From Raillietiella orientalis (taxonomy: Eukaryota), in the NCBI GenBank assembly GCA_036172245.1, contig JAYWIR010000044.1, positions 124,001 to 188,000 of the forward strand: 64,000 nt of DNA, read 5' to 3'. Each line of letters starts with the position of its first letter. The stretch's first letter is position 1. The position numbers and the translations under genes were made by a program. The notes under the pieces are model-generated. The model was not told the origin of the DNA and did not search any database. It worked only from the letters and a program-made list of their open reading frames with translations. Of the stretch, positions 26,025 to 40,200 are shown piece after piece.

Positions 26025-26370
26025 CTCTCCCCTCCCCCTCGATTGAATAGCCAGGGAGAGCGGTCTCATAGGGGCGGCCACTTTATTTAAAAACCCGAAA
26101 TTGCCCTCAGGGAGCTCTCAGCCAACCTCGAATCCTGCACGATGCGGTTTCGGTCGCGTATCAGCATGGCGGCCGACCACCTCCGCGAACATCCTTACCG
26201 GTCCAGCAGGCGGTGCCTTGCAGCTTCCGGGTGCGCCCCCAGACTTCTCTTCCCGAAAGAGCTCGTGGCTTCCCTCCAGATGCCCGATGAAGCATTCCAA
26301 GGGTGAGATTTTCCGAGACCTTCCCTAACCCCTCGGCCGCTGCTGATTCTTGCACATTCGTTGCGGACCT
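26025..26370. repeat. Unclassified interspersed repeat (inverted copy at ~59970-60295; end fragment at ~12015-12075)
   Basis: Shared CTCGATTGAATAG and ACCTCGAATCCTG.ACGATGCGGTTTCGGTCGCG...CAGCTTCCGGGTGC...AGATGCCCGATGAAG. Confidence 0.75.
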
Positions 26371-27899
26371 CGGCCGCAACGAATGTGCAAGAATTGTTCC
26401 AGTGCTCGCTTTAGCGGCTGCGAGCCTCTTCGAGCGAGTTCGCTTCCCGACCTCCGACCTCCAGCCCTTCCCTCCCTTCCAGAAACGGTTCCTTTTGCGA
26501 CCACCTTGCTCGTTCCACTGGAGCCGCCGATCCGTCCCCCTCCTCAGAATCACCTGGGCCTTCGGGTGGGACGCGGCTGGGCAGCCCCTCGGTCGCTCCG
26601 GGTGCCTTCCATCGGCATCCACGGCCGGCAATGTTCTCGTTGTGTTGCACGCTGCCGGAACGGTGCCATCGGACGGGGGAAGAGCGCACGGGCACAGTGG
26701 TCCCATCGTCTCGTTCTCCCTCCCCGCCCCCACCGTCGCCCCAATGCAGGGGTGGCTGCTGGAACGGGTTCCCGCGAGAGCAGAAGGCGTTCGTTCGCGG
26801 AACGACGGGCTCGTCACGCGGACCGTTGCGCGGCATCGCGGGAAGCCTGGCATCCTTGCGCCTCTCCGCGTCGTCGAGAGGCGAGCGCGAAGCGGCGACT
26901 GCTCCTGGGCGACGACGATGCTTCGACCAGCGCCTCTGGGTGTCGGAGCGCGTCCGGAGGGAGACGAGATGCGCGCAGCTCCCGGAACGTCCATTTTCGC
27001 CAAGTGATGCCCGGGCGCTTCCTTCCCTCTCATCGAAAAAAGGAAGGCAGGCAGGACACGTAGATCAGCGAATCCACGAATCCGGGACAAATCCAGAAGG
27101 GGAGGAGGAGGAAAGCGATAAGGCCTCCGACTCGCAGGCAGGCTGCGCAGAAGAGCGGGAAGGACGTGGAGGAGGGGACAAGGGATGAAAAGAGCACTCG
27201 CAGCGTCTTCCGGAACCCGCGCCGCCGCAGGCTCCCGGAGTCCTCCTGGACTCTGCCATCCGCCGACGGCCGCTTCGCCATGTTCCGCTACCATGCAGGA
27301 GGGGTGTCCCTCCTCCCTGTCGGAGTCTCTTCCGGGTCCTCGTGACATCGCAGGGTAGAGTCCCAGGTGAGGCGCCGCCGCCGCCGCAGCGGTTCTTCCG
27401 GGGCGGGATGCCTTCCGGTCGGAGCGGGGCAGCCGCGGGGCGTTCCCGAGTCGCCACATCCCTGTGACAGGCTGCACGCGGAAGTTCCCGGCTCCTCCCT
27501 TCGTCCAGAGGTGTGCCGCCGCTTCGACCAGCCCGCCTGCCAGTCTCGTCGCTCCCGCTGCGAGATCACCCGCTCTGCCGGGTGACCAACTGCCGCTGGG
27601 CGGGTGGCAGCGTTGCGGCCCCCCCCCCTTCTTCGCGTGCCTTTCCGCTTCTCGGCTGGGTTTCCCCACTGGAGCCCCCGTTTTCCCTAGGCGCCTCGAG
27701 CGGAAGACGGCAGGGGGAGCGGAACGCGGTGGAGATGACGGGGCGATTGCCCGGTCATCCCTCGGCCCTTCTTCGAGCCCCACGACGATCGCGCGAGCGG
27801 AGCAGCGCTCTCCCCGTTCTGTGACGCGTCTCGGCTTCCTCGTTGCAAGGTCGGGTGGCGAGTAGGCTCCTCCGTTTGGTTGCGCACGCGCAATCTGCC

Positions 27900-28260
27900 C
27901 CCTACCCCCCTCTTTTTGCGGTCGGCCGAGGGGTCCGTGCTACGAAGATGAAGTCTCCACGGGCTTACTCACAACGTGCGGCAGCATGGCTGGCGCTGCC
28001 GTCCACGCGGAGTGCAGGTGTTCTGACCCAGCAAGACCAACGCAGAGCTCCATTTCCAGTTGGGTGTCCGTCGACGCAGCCGAGGTGAAGGGGCGTGTCG
28101 GTAGCACGCGTTTCGCCGCCGCTGACCTCCTTCGAGTTCTGCTTCGCGACTGAGCATTTCGAGCCACGTTCCCTCGAGGCGCGTGCGCACTCACCCTGAG
28201 GGATCGGTTGGTGCAGGGTGCTGCTTCGGAGCCGCAAATTGTCCCAGGACTGCACCTAGT
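27900..28260 (+). mobile_element. Gypsy-like gag remnant
   Basis: ADLLRVLLRD*AF...LRDRLVQG matches the LRxLxxxCxF...LRDRxVxG gag motif. Confidence 0.45.
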
Positions 28261-30159
28261 CCTTGGTGACGAAGATTTTACCGGGGTTTTTGAGGTGAGA
28301 GGTGTCGCGTTCTTGGAAGCGTTTCCAGGAGGCACTTCGCATCTGCCATTTGGGATTTCAGTCTATTACAACGCCTCCTCAGGTCGCCTCTGTTTCAGGG
28401 TCGCTGGAAGTTAGTTGCTGAGGCTGCTTTGTGAACAGGATAGGATTCCGGGTAGCCTCCCCCTCAAAGGCAGCACAGTGCCTTCCATGCTTTAAGCATT
28501 GCGTACTCTTCAGGGAGGCATGGAAACGGACCGCCCTTTATGACCGCAAAGAAGTTTTTTCGAACGGGTGGAGCTCCCCACTGACAGCTCCCCCAAGAGT
28601 AGCCCCACAGAGATGAAGAGCTCAGGAGGGTTCGCACCCGGAGCTCAGAACTCTCCGCTGAAGGATTTTGCAATTCCCACTTCTAAGGGGGGGATGAAAA
28701 AATGGCGGATATTGCGGCTGCTGCCATGATAGCAGTCTCTCCCCGTCTGAAACGCCGCGAGCAGCAAGAGCACCGCTCGAGTTGCGGCACTGTGAGGACT
28801 TCGACCGTTGACGACCCGTAGAGCGTGGACACAGACCATGATCGATCGGTTAATAACCTCCCTGGTGCTCATCTGCGGAAGTAGACGGCGTCCCCCGTCC
28901 CAGGAACGAGGCGGCGAATTCGCCGCGAGTCCAAGGACGAATCAGATGACGCTTATCCTTCATGGTAAATGATGCTTCGCAACAGGAAAGAGCAGCAAAA
29001 ACACGGACAACGAGATGAAAACTGAGCGGGGTCAGAGATGGTGAGGAGGACGTTGCCGTACGCGCTTTTTGCACTCGTCGAAGATGAATGGGAGGCGAGA
29101 AGAACAGGGAAGATGTATTGGTACACGTGGGAAAGATGCATTGTGAGATGCCTCCAATTTTCGCTATATCATTATCTTTTTCAGTGCCCACGAGAAGACC
29201 TCCGAAAATGAGGAAGGAAATGGAGAAAATAGCTTGCCATCACATCATGACGACCCAGTCTCATCACAGTATTCCTGGGGGACTCCCTCGACTCTCACAT
29301 TCAAGTTTTGGGTCATTTCGTCTCATTTCGCATGAAGGCGGTGACGACTGTGTTGGCCATCCTGGTGATCACCGCTCTTCGTTCGTGGACTTTTCATCTC
29401 GGTAGACAGCCGTTCGCCAGATGGAACGACGGGTTTGGAGAACCACGCCATCGGTCAAGTCATCCCCTCTTCCCAGACGCTGCAGGAGCATCCATCTCTT
29501 CGTTACCCCAACGACGCAGGATGGAGGTCACGCATGGAATCCTGGATAGTCCCTTCCCGGGGAACAAGCCGTCCAGCATTTCGATGAGGCAGAGCTTTCA
29601 TGGACTGGCCGGAGGCGGAAAGCATCGTAAGAGTGCGGGGGAAAGGACCACTCAGTCCGGAGAGCCAAAACTGCAAAAGAACGTCGCTGAGCGGAAGAGC
29701 AGCAATACGGCAAAGAAGAGGAGGTCGGAAGCCACCGGAGGAAACTGCGCAAGTACGTCAGTGAGCGGAAGGATGGCAAAAAGGCAAAGAAGAAGAGATC
29801 AGAAGCTGCATGCATGCACTGTGGACTCTCCGGTAAAACTCCATGCAGCCGTGCTGTCGAACCGACAGAGGCAGCGGGTCTGTGCCCAAGTTCAACCTCG
29901 AAATCCGCGCAGAGCAGAGGGATGGGCGGTTGGGATTCGCGGCATCGATTTCCGCGCCAGAGTGCGCAGCCACATTCTTCCCGCTTTCCTGCAGTCGCCC
30001 ACATCTTGGCTTGGAGAGTTGCGAGCGCTCCACCGTGCGGAGCCGTCCCTCATCCAGGAGACGCGTTCCGGTCCTTCGAAACGGGAGCGGCCATAAAGTC
30101 CCGAGTGGAGACAAATCTTCTGGATAGAGACTCTTCCCTGCCGTGGATGTCTGTTTATT

Positions 30160-30480
30160 AGGCCTATCTCCTTAAGCTATTCTGGACCCTGAATGGAATC
30201 TGCTCCCCGAATGCACATTCCGGATCTGCTTCCCTCGTTAAGAAAATTATTTTTTTGCTCACAGGACCGATCCTTGGGGTGTTTGTTTTCTCCGTAGTCA
30301 TCCAGGACGTTGCCCGTTGGTTATCCTTAATCCCATCTTGCTTATGTCTACCTCTTTCTATAATGGGCTCCACCTCAGAGCGTCTGTCTTGGTTCCTCCA
30401 AATGAAACTCATCGTTCGCTCCCGCCCGAATCCTTTTGGATGAAGCTTGCTCAAGCGGAGGCAGGAATTTAAATTTTTCC
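30160..30480 (-). mobile_element. Possible Tc1-like transposase N-terminal remnant
   Basis: TMSFIWRN...RGRHK..D.RA resembles the HTH plus GRxK linker. Confidence 0.3.
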
Positions 30481-32599
30481 TCAATTGCCCTGCGGCATGC
30501 GATCTTCGGACACCGTCGTCTCATGGCGTGTCGCGCCCTTTGCTTGGAGTCAACAGATAGGGGAGTGATGTACCCAAGTAGCGCTCATGATGTCCGTCCA
30601 GCACATGCTCGGGGAAACAAGAAAAATAAAATGAATTATAGGGATGAAGGAGAGGTCACATATCCTGCTGGTCATCAGGTGTCGCCCCTCATCACTTCAA
30701 TCCTATCACCTCACCGCTCTCCTGCACGGTATTCTTGCTCCATCTCTGAGGTCCCAGCTGCTCGATCGTGGCAGAGCAATGTGACTGGCGCGGGGGCAGT
30801 AGGCGAGCCTGCAGAGGCCAAAACGCATCCTGTGGGGCAGCACAGGAGAGCTGCAGCGCTCCCATTTTCGTGCACTGGCAGCATTTTCACCTGGTTACGC
30901 CGGGGGTCTGTTTGATATAAAAGCAAACAAAAAGTTGGGAGAGCAGTTCCCGAAACAACAGCAACAACAACAAGGGAGTTCAACCACGCAGGTCATTTGC
31001 TGGGTCAGCCCGAAGCGGAAGGAAAGGGAACATATAAACGAAGAGAGGGTGAGGTAAGGGGTGTTTGGCTGAAGGCGCTTCTTGATGAGTGACGGCGTAG
31101 AATGCCGGCGATCTCCTTGAGAACTTCCAGGTGAGGCCACATCGTGGGGCACTGCTGCCGTGCGGGCGGCCTCCCTTCGCTGCGTCCAGCACACGCGGCG
31201 GGCTGGGACACGGCCCCAGACGGGATTCGTCGGCGAAGCAGCCTCATCTGCAACCCTTCCCTTTGCGTGCATCCGAACAAGACGGAATCCACTACTTCCC
31301 CACCGCTGACGGGTTGATTTTCCCACCCACTCATAGATGCGCAGGAAACTCGCTCCCGGAAGTTTGAAGCAGTAGGGTCTCTGGGCGACCATTCTTAGAG
31401 GTTCCGGGCTGAAAGTTCTCTGCAGGAAAGCACACTTATCGTGACCTCGACAAACCTGGCGGAGTCCACTGGAACGTAGTAAGGTTCGTCGTCGTCGTAG
31501 GGATGTGGACGGTGGTATCGTAATTCCACGGAGGATGATGGCGCAAAAGAGAACGCATCGCAAAAGATGGTACCATGCAAGAAGCAGTCGACTAGAAGCG
31601 TCACCCGCGTGTATTTCAGGAACAATGTCCACCCTTACGGAGTCCCGGATGGTGAGGATACAGAATATGTGGACACACATGGGCAGTCATGTAGGAGTTC
31701 TGCAGAATCTCCCCTGGAATCCTCGGCATCCATCGCGATTTCTCCGCAAGAGGAACGAAGCCACTTCTTCGTGCAGAAAGCAGGTATGTTGAAAGATGAT
31801 GATCTCTTGCCTCGACATTAAGGGGGAGCGGACAACATCCGACACCCTTTGCTGGTGTTTCAGAGTCCAGCTGTGCACCGCGGAGGCGCTGCCGTTGCCG
31901 CCAGCACGTTTCTCCTCAGCTCCAAGAAGAGTGCGATCACCGACATTCCAGGGAACCACTCAGACTCCTGAACGAAACGATGAGAGCATGCCCATCACGC
32001 GAAGGGTGTCCCATGTGAGCGGCTGGTGATTCATGTAGTCAGCCGCTCCTCCTCTTCCTCCTGTTTTCCTTCTTCCTCCTTTCCTTTCGACTTCCACTTG
32101 CTCTTTTCCTCCTGTTCCTGTTCCTCCTTTCCTTCTCCTCCGAGATCGCCGGCATTCTGCTTCCAGCTTCTGAGATGTCTCAGTGGTTGTCTGGGCACCG
32201 CACTTTACAATGTTTCCGCAATATTCTTCCAGCCTCCAGACCATGAACTTCTTCCCTCCCTAGGAGTCTCCACTGCAACTCCTTGGAGGATGCCTGCGGT
32301 CCATCAAGAGGCACAGGATGATGGAAGCTCGAGCAGTCTGGTCTATGGAAGTCAACCAGGATCCGCACCGGAAGGCCCAGTGAGGAAACAACAGAGACTT
32401 CCGTTTCCAGAGCAACGGGAACACACGGAAGTGTTCACGCGTAAAGGCGGGACAACGAGTCCTTCGGGGATCTGCTCCAAGATCGAAATCCCGAAAGGTC
32501 ATGAAAAATGAAAAAAACGCGTGCCATTATGCGCAGATTAATGTACCACTTTATCTTGATACGCAAGTTGAACCATCACCCAAAAGGGGTGCTCGGGTT

Positions 32600-33096
32600 G
32601 CCCTGGTGGCAGTTTGGTGAGTGCGTGGGAGCTCCGATTCGTTGGTTCCGAGAGATCTCCGAGAGAGGCGCCGCTTGCTTCAGACCCTGCAGGAAGCCGG
32701 CAAAGAGCACCTGATAGACCTGGGCCTCGAAGACACCACTCCTTGCTGAATCCATCCCCAATGCGTCACCACCGTGCCTTGGGCCGAAGGGAAGCGTGTC
32801 CGGAGCTTGCAGTAGGTCCCGATTGTCGCACACACCTCTCCCAGCTCGCCGATTCCCATTCTGGGTGCTTTGCAGGGGTCAGTGAGACTCCGGCTATCCG
32901 GTAACTTCAGAAGCCTCTGAAGCTTTGAAAGCTTTAAGAGTTTCTTCAGGACTTCCTGGATGAGGTCTTCCATGGGGAGGCATGGGCAAGAGTAACGAGG
33001 CAGCCAGGCCGCCGAAAAAACACGTAGGTTGAGAGCCTTCATCAGGGAGGACACCGGTGAGAGATGCCTCTCCAGAGCCTGGGAAGAGTAGCTGTT
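32600..33096 (-). mobile_element. LINE post-RT (thumb region) remnant
   Basis: LQRLLKLPDS.S...MGIGEL resembles the conserved region following RT in LINEs. Confidence 0.35.
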
Positions 33097-33900
33097 GGGT
33101 TCACACCCGGCTGCTCCAGAGCGTTTATTTCTATAAAAATAGACACAGTTAACATAAACATACGTTACAAATGCCCCCAACCATGGGAACCTGCCCAGAA
33201 CTGGCGCGTAGGCCGGCGATGCTCGCCCTGGCAGCAGAGGGGGTGAGGAGGGGATAAGCAAAAAGAAAAATAAAACCAAAAAAATATGTACGAAAAAATT
33301 GGAAAAGTTCGGGAAGGGATCGCCGGGTGCTGGAGGGCGTCCTCTGCATCCTTTCCAGGATGCCGGCAAGTTCCTACTTTACGATCCCCAGATGGGGCCA
33401 GATCTTGACGTTATCCTCACGAAGAGGACGGCAAAATAGATGGCGTCCCTGTCGTTCTGGCCTTCTCTGGCGTTGCTCCATGCAGCCACGATCCTGCCAC
33501 GTGGGCGGCACAGCGCGAGGACGTCACACAGTCCTCGAGAATTGAAAACGTCTCTGGGGCTGTCCTCGAGAATCCTCAGGGACGCGGCAAAAGTTCCCAC
33601 AATGGGCGGAGGGTAACATAGTCCATGAGCAGGTTCAGGACTCTCTTTCTCCTCACCTGCTGCAGTTGGGGTTCAATGGTGTCGGTGAGTGTTGCACGGT
33701 AGGCCCCCATGCGACAGAAGGGTCACCGACTCCTGCTACTTTAGGGGGAGAGTAGGACTGTTCCAGCACGCTGGAGGCCATTGCACCTCCTCCGGAGGCG
33801 CTAGCAGTCCTCTTGGAGGGGCACTCAGGGTGGCAGCGTCCGCCAGCTCCCGAGTTGTCCACGTACTTAAATGATCTTTCCCCACTATTGATTATGCACT
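33097..33900 (-). mobile_element. 5'-truncated copy of the Tx1-like LINE
   Basis: Shares the ELAGILERMQRT C-terminus, the T-rich tract and the 3' UTR hairpins. Confidence 0.8.
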
Positions 33901-34719
33901 TCACCTCCCACCTCCATTCCAGGAAGGTCGCTGTCTCTTGCTTTCCGTGGGGAGGGCAGCACTGGGGAAAGGGGGGGAGAGTGAACGATGCCTAAAGCAA
34001 ATTCCTGGTGTTGCCCAGGATCTCCCCCAACGACTGACGAGCGTACCTGCTTCCGGACAGATGGATGGCTTCTTCGAGCGGTGGCTGGCATCGCGAGTCG
34101 TCGCTGCCTTTTGCTCCGCGAGATGCGCCAGCTGGCGGGTGCCCGCCTCGCGTTTCCTCTCGCCCACCAGGATCCCCTCCATCCGAAGTTCGAAAGCGGG
34201 GCATGAAAGTGAAACGCCAACCAGTCAGTTCGCATCGCTCTGGGTGTTTCTCCGTTGCTGTCCGGGGTACTCCGCTCAGCATCCGATGATGGAGTCCTGA
34301 AGGGGGGGACATTATTTCTATGCAAATGACTTCGCAATCGGCCATTTAAATTCTTCCCGGAGAGACCGATGCCATTCAGCCTTCCTCCCTCTCAAGACGG
34401 ACTCCTGACGACGGGGGAACGGGGGAGTGGGGGAAGGGGGAATGGAAGGGAACAGAAGAGCAGGAAGAGAGGATTTCGCTGCCTTGAAGAGAGCTGATGG
34501 ATTTCCTCCAAGTTTCGTTTTAAAAATCCGTACTCCTCTTCACGATGCATCCCTTGGGAATGAATCATCCCTGTTTCGTCCTCCGCTCGCTGTCATTCGA
34601 CAAAAACAAATGCCCAATCGCAAACCTGGGTATTCTCAGGCTGGCCACCCCCCTCATTATCGGACCCCAGCGGTGGAGAGAAGGGAAAGATGCAACCGGG
34701 CGAAAAAAGTATCTCCCAG

Positions 34720-35100
34720 GTGCTTCTCTGAACTCTGGAGAGGCATCATCGATCCACCAGCTCCATGGTGCGGGACGGAGGGTCCATCAACGAGGACCGC
34801 GGAACGAGGGGAGAGGGACGGGTCCTTTGCACAGCTGGAAGGGAAGTTCTCACTCCTCAATTCCTGGAAGGCATCCCGGAAGGTCGGCTCAATCCCGGCC
34901 ACTCATCGAGGGTATCCGGTTTCAACCGCTATCCCCCGTCGCCGCACCCGAATGAATGGAGGCCAGCCAGCGTCATCTTGTGGAAGGAACTCGAACCCAC
35001 GACGCACCCTTATTTTTCGACGTCGATTCTTTCCGAGTATTCGAACCCACAACTATTGGCGTTGCCACGCGCGAAGACCGTGACCACGTGGGCTTTTCCG
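34720..35100 (-). mobile_element. tRNA-derived SINE, 5' half
   Basis: GTGGGTTCGAATAC and GTCGTGGGTTCGAGTTCC on the minus strand; closely similar to 58960-59150. Confidence 0.75.
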
Positions 35101-36049
35101 ACATAGGCTTTTCCAGAGCCCAACCTCCTCTGGGAAGGGCCTGAGGCGGCGGATCTCGACGTGCTCCCTTCCTGAGATCCCGCTACTCGGGGAAAAAGCG
35201 GACAGACTTCTCGTGCATGCAAGGGGGTTCTCGAAGAGGACCAGCTTTGGGTCGGACGGAGACATGTCAGCCACACTTGCGCTCTTGACGCGCTGGGGTG
35301 CTGATAACACTGTGCTCGTCTTGAAGGTCACTTCAAAACGAAAAGCTGCTGCTGCTAGATGCTGGACATCGAGCGCAGCCAGCTTCCCGGCAGGGCTTCG
35401 CTGCAGCAGGGAACGCATCGGGAGGTTTCCTCGAACGTTAGTCTTCACGAGCATCCTTCCAGCATTCCATTGGCCAGCTGAGGACGGCAGTCTTCTTGAG
35501 GCTGAGTCCAGCAGCAAGATTCATCTCAAGACAAGAAAAAGCTGCTTCTTTTCCCGGACCTCGGCGCCCGAGCAGAACCGGAGCCAACCGGTGACGAATG
35601 TGAACGGACCACTTCGAAAAAAATAAATACTACTACCTCACGCAAACAGGGCGGGAAGAAAAACAGGAACCGAAGACGGAGGAGGCTGTGGAGATCCCAG
35701 ACCTTTCCTTCCAGGAAATTCTTCTGTGAGGTAAACAAACAGGGACGGTTGGAGCATGGCTTGACGATAATCGCGCGCGCCGGGACTCGGGTTCCAAAGA
35801 GTGAAAGGGAAAGTGTGCGCGGTACCAATACTTTTCCCCCTTTTCTCTCACGCGCCCTCTGGAAGCCAGGCGAGCGAGGAAGATGATGGAAGATCCGTGG
35901 GTCCTCGCCTTACATCATCTGTAACACGCAATCATAAATGCATCTTTGACCTGACCTCGGACTTCTGGGACTCCGCTCATGCGCTTTCAGATGGGAGGCA
36001 GTGTGAAGAAGAGGTGGAGTGGGGTTGGGGGGGGAAGGGATAAGAGTGA

Positions 36050-36500
36050 GGCTAGGTGAGGGTAGGATGGTAGGTTCCTTACTTAACTGCACCACGAAAC
36101 GACCCCCGTCTTCTCTCAGAAGACGATGACGAGTTTCTCCCATCGACCGTGCGTCGCTTCCTTACAGGAAGTATCGTTCCTCCTGGTACAGACTCAACAG
36201 TGCCGCACTCAATGATTTAAGATGTGTGGTATCGTTTCATTCGATTCCGGACATCGACGGCAAGATAATTCCAGCAGCCACCTCCGTGAATGACGCGCCA
36301 TGAAAACTTCCATTAGGCTTCCTTGTAAATCTTTGAAATCTGTACGGTTTCCACTTTCTTCCTGGACTAGACGGTCTCCGCCCTTGTGCATAACGGGAAG
36401 CCATCATCATCCTGGGGAAGGTATAACGGCCTTTCGTTTGAAGGGTGGTACTTTGCCAAATCGTATAGTTGATGAAAGTACGTTGCTTGGGACTGTTACC
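36050..36500 (-). mobile_element. R2-group (NeSL/Utopia-like) retrotransposon C-terminal remnant
   Basis: CRRCPESNETIPHILNH CCHC knuckle followed by a ...V..KEPTI segment resembling the start of a restriction-like endonuclease. Confidence 0.5.
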
Positions 36501-39500
36501 ACTTTGGCGGAGAGTCAGCCGGTAGGGGGGGAAAGAGTCTCGGCACGGAAGTTCGCCCTCGCGAAGACTTTCGTACACGGAAGATGAAAGGGTGGCTGAG
36601 ACGCACACTGGAGGAAATTGCTCCCCCCTGCGTGCTGCGCTCTCGGATTCCAGCTTCGTCTGTGTGTGTGTGTGGGGGGGGGCGATGCAAGTGTATCCAT
36701 CCATCTTCATCGATCGCATTTTTTTTTGTGTTTTTTTGGGGGGGAGACGGGGGGGAGGAGGAGGCTCTTCTTGCATCGGATGTAGGCAGCGCCGGTGATT
36801 TGAAGTCTGCGAAAGAAAAGCGTTCATCTGCTCCGTGATTTTCTGACATCAAGTGAAGACGTTCCGCTCAGAAGAAGGGATCGGCAAACAAATTTCCTTT
36901 TTCGAGCTGATTTTGTCAAGTCAGCTGCTGCTAAAATATACGGGAGGCTACGTGCCTTGCTTAGAGTAGATGCTTCCTGATGTCCCATTCCGTCAACCCT
37001 CCCTTGCGACTGTTGCAGCACAATCCTTCACTTGATTTTCCACCCTTTAGGATTTCCGCGCAAGGAAGGCATTACCGGGTTCGAAATTGAGCAAAAGGAA
37101 ATGGGCGCTTGGGTTTCTCTGGAAGGAGCTCTCGCGGTTCTGCAGAATCGGGGAAGCCACGGAGCTTCCTCCGAGATTAGGGGAATCCATTCTGATATTA
37201 GAATAACTACTGTGACGGTATTAAAGTGAACCGAGGCTTTCCAGCCACCCTTCTTCGCCCTCCTCCCCGGCACCAGACCTCGTTCACGACGAAATGACGT
37301 CGCTCTTCTTCCTTTAGCGCGCGTAGCTGCGGAGATTCGGCTGGACCGCCGTCTCCGAAGTGGAATTCACCAGAACCGTCGTGTGGCCCCGCGTGGGGCA
37401 GTGTTTCCCTGCGGAGCGTCGACCACGCTGCACCGCGTCTGGAAGACGCACCGCCTTCGCAGGGACTTCCTAAAAAACTGGAGCTACAAGCAAGCCAGAC
37501 GCCCGCGTAGAGGGACTTGGATGCTGTCCGACTGCTCGCGATACGACATCTCGAGGTGAGAAGAGATGGCGCGCGCGACCTACACCAATGTACGGAAAGC
37601 GGAAACTCATCGCGCGTAGGCAGCTGCACATCTCTCTACCCATATACACAACCATCATGTGGCCAGATGCGAGATGTTCTAATCTGAATCTTGAAAACTT
37701 CACGATCCCCTGCCCAACGTTGCTCTGAAGGGGCTGCCTCTGTGAAGAAATGCGCGGCGCGCAAAAAATGCAGAGAGACGGGAATCTTCACGCATTCCAC
37801 GAAACTCCTTTCGGAAGTTTCGGTGTAATTTCCAGCACGGAAGGAATTTGAAGAGCAGGAATTAACCAGGGATCTCTTCGGCGATCAAAAGTTTGCGGAG
37901 GTCTTCCTCCGAGTGCACCTGTGCGGCTGTCGGACTCGCCCAGGGCGCTGGAGCACATCCTTTCGCATCGACGACGCGCACCTTCTGGCGATCGGGGGCG
38001 CACGTCTTTGCGAACGCCTCGACACGGCCCCCGACCCTCCGCGACCTGCAAGGGACCACGTCCTCCTGCATGCGGCGAATGCTTGCAGCGCCTTTTCGGC
38101 TGAGGAGATCCGCTGAGGATTTTTTTTCGGAACCCTTTCCGACCGGCTGGCTCCGCGTCACGAAACCAAAAAATCCAGTCGGAAGCTGCATCCGCAGACA
38201 AACAGCACAAATCGAATAGCAGCGCAAACACATGAATAATATCGATTTTGCTCGTACGTTCGTCTGCTCAGTTAACTTCTTGCCTCGTGATTGAGGCTTC
38301 ACCGGTTTGCAGCCTCTCTCTGCGCTACAGCCTTGTCAGTGCTCATTTGCTCTTTTGCTACCAATCCTCCAGTTTCTAACTTCGTTTGCCGTTGCTGCAT
38401 CCTACCCCAAGACGAGAACCGACCTGCTTACCAGCCTCACCAGTTGTTTGTGTTGCTTTTCTTCTTTTCCTTCCTTCCTCTCCTTCTTTTCTTCTCTTCT
38501 TAGCATGGATTGGATTTGATAGATCGATTCGTAATTCGGCCGTCTATTTCGTGAGAATCGATGCTTCCGTCTTGCGTGCGGAGGCTGGAGAGGTGGCCAG
38601 TCCGCGCGAGCGGGTGCGAGGGAGGTTCAGGTGAGGAGCGACGGGGACGACGAGGGGAGTTCGGTTCCCACCATTCCTGTGCTGGTCCGCAGGGTGGAAA
38701 CGGTCCCTTCAGGATGCAGGCAGGCGCAACTCAAGGGAAGATCCCCACTCATGCAGAAAGACCTCCAAGGTCATGGAAAGGGCGGCGGGAAGAGAAACAG
38801 TCTGTGATTTTCGACAGCAACTTTTCCTTGTAGCTGTTTGGAGAATCGAGAGGTCATGAAAGCGAGGCCTGAAAAACATTTGACAGGGTGTAATGGGATG
38901 TAGGGCGAGGGACCGGGAAATGCTTTCATCCTGATGTGAATTCTTGTAATAGAAGTTGTGATTACCAACGTTAACGAGGAAGTTGCTGGGCGAACAGATG
39001 AGATGAAACGCGCTCAAGTGGCCTTGTGTGTCGAGACCGGTCCACTTCTTGGCTCCGGAGAATGAAATGCCACGGAGGTTCCGAATGAAATTTGCAGCTT
39101 TTCCATTTCCTCGCTTGATTCCCCTGTCCTTCTTCCCCCAGGCGGACCTCGCTCGCAAGCCAGTTCTCCCCAGCTCATCCGAAGTTCCCGGGACGTTAGC
39201 AGGGAGGGATTCCACTTTCACGCTTTTATCTTCGGTATGTTATTCCTTGCACTGAACACAATGAAGCGCGCAGCATCGACGGAAGGAAAGGTGAAGCAAG
39301 AGTTGAGGAGATGGTCTGAAGATGAGGTTTCACTTCTCGCTGCAGGATGAGCTCCTCTTTGTCGGGAAACCACGTGGAAGATGCAGAAATCGAGGGGCGA
39401 GAAAGACTTCAAGGCGTGCCATCGATGAGCATTTGACAACGGAGCTGCTTGTCTCTTCTCGTTTTCTTGTTGTGGCCCTAACCCCATCAGTCTTGGGGTA

Positions 39501-39659
39501 ACTTACAGGATTCGTGACTGGCGTTTTCTTTTTGGAAGGGGGTAGGGGGGGAGGGGAACAGGAAGGCAGGTGATGTAGAGTCCCCGGTGATGGAAGAATC
39601 ACTTTTAAATTACGCGCATCGCTTTCCCGTGCTATGGTCAATCCGTTTCTTCGAGGTTG

Positions 39660-40200
39660 TCATTCATCATCATTCTAGAAATCCACTCGGGCGCCGAGAA
39701 GAGGATCACGAGTGAAACAAGAGAGGAAGATCCGTTTTCCCACGTGCTGGGATGCTTTTCGAAGAAAGATTTGCCGAGTCGGACGATGGAGCCAGCAGTG
39801 CTAAGAACTCGTAGCCACAGAAGCAGGATTACACAGGAAGAAGACCATCGATGGCCAAACTTTCTGCTTTGCGCAGCGTGACCTTCTAAGATGGATAAGA
39901 AAAGCACAAATCGATAAGGTCATGAAGGAACAGAGGAAACTCCCTTTTCCGGAAGTGTCATGGGCAGAGCAATCAGCTGTTGGTAAGGGCACACCGCGAG
40001 CTACGGTTCCGAGTTGCGGACCAGAAATCGAATCAATAAAGGATTCAAGTTTACGGATCGTAGGCCCTCGAATCGTAGGGACGAGACTGAATAGACTGCA
40101 TCTGCGGACGAGGAAACGAAGATTTCCTGCGAACCGAACTCATTCACTGAGCGATTTTACTGATGATACATGGATGCTGGTTTCTGAAGGCAGTATGGGG
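39660..40200 (+). mobile_element. Gypsy-like integrase N-terminal remnant
   Basis: ITSETREEDPFSHVL..., KVMK...VSW and NRLHL resemble the RNase H-integrase linker, zinc-binding domain and core start. Confidence 0.4.

Noticed and set aside
26161..27783. Longest ORF in the track (540 aa, minus strand)
   Set aside because: R/G/P/A-rich translation with no recognisable domain, overlapping a repeat; expected by chance in GC-rich DNA.
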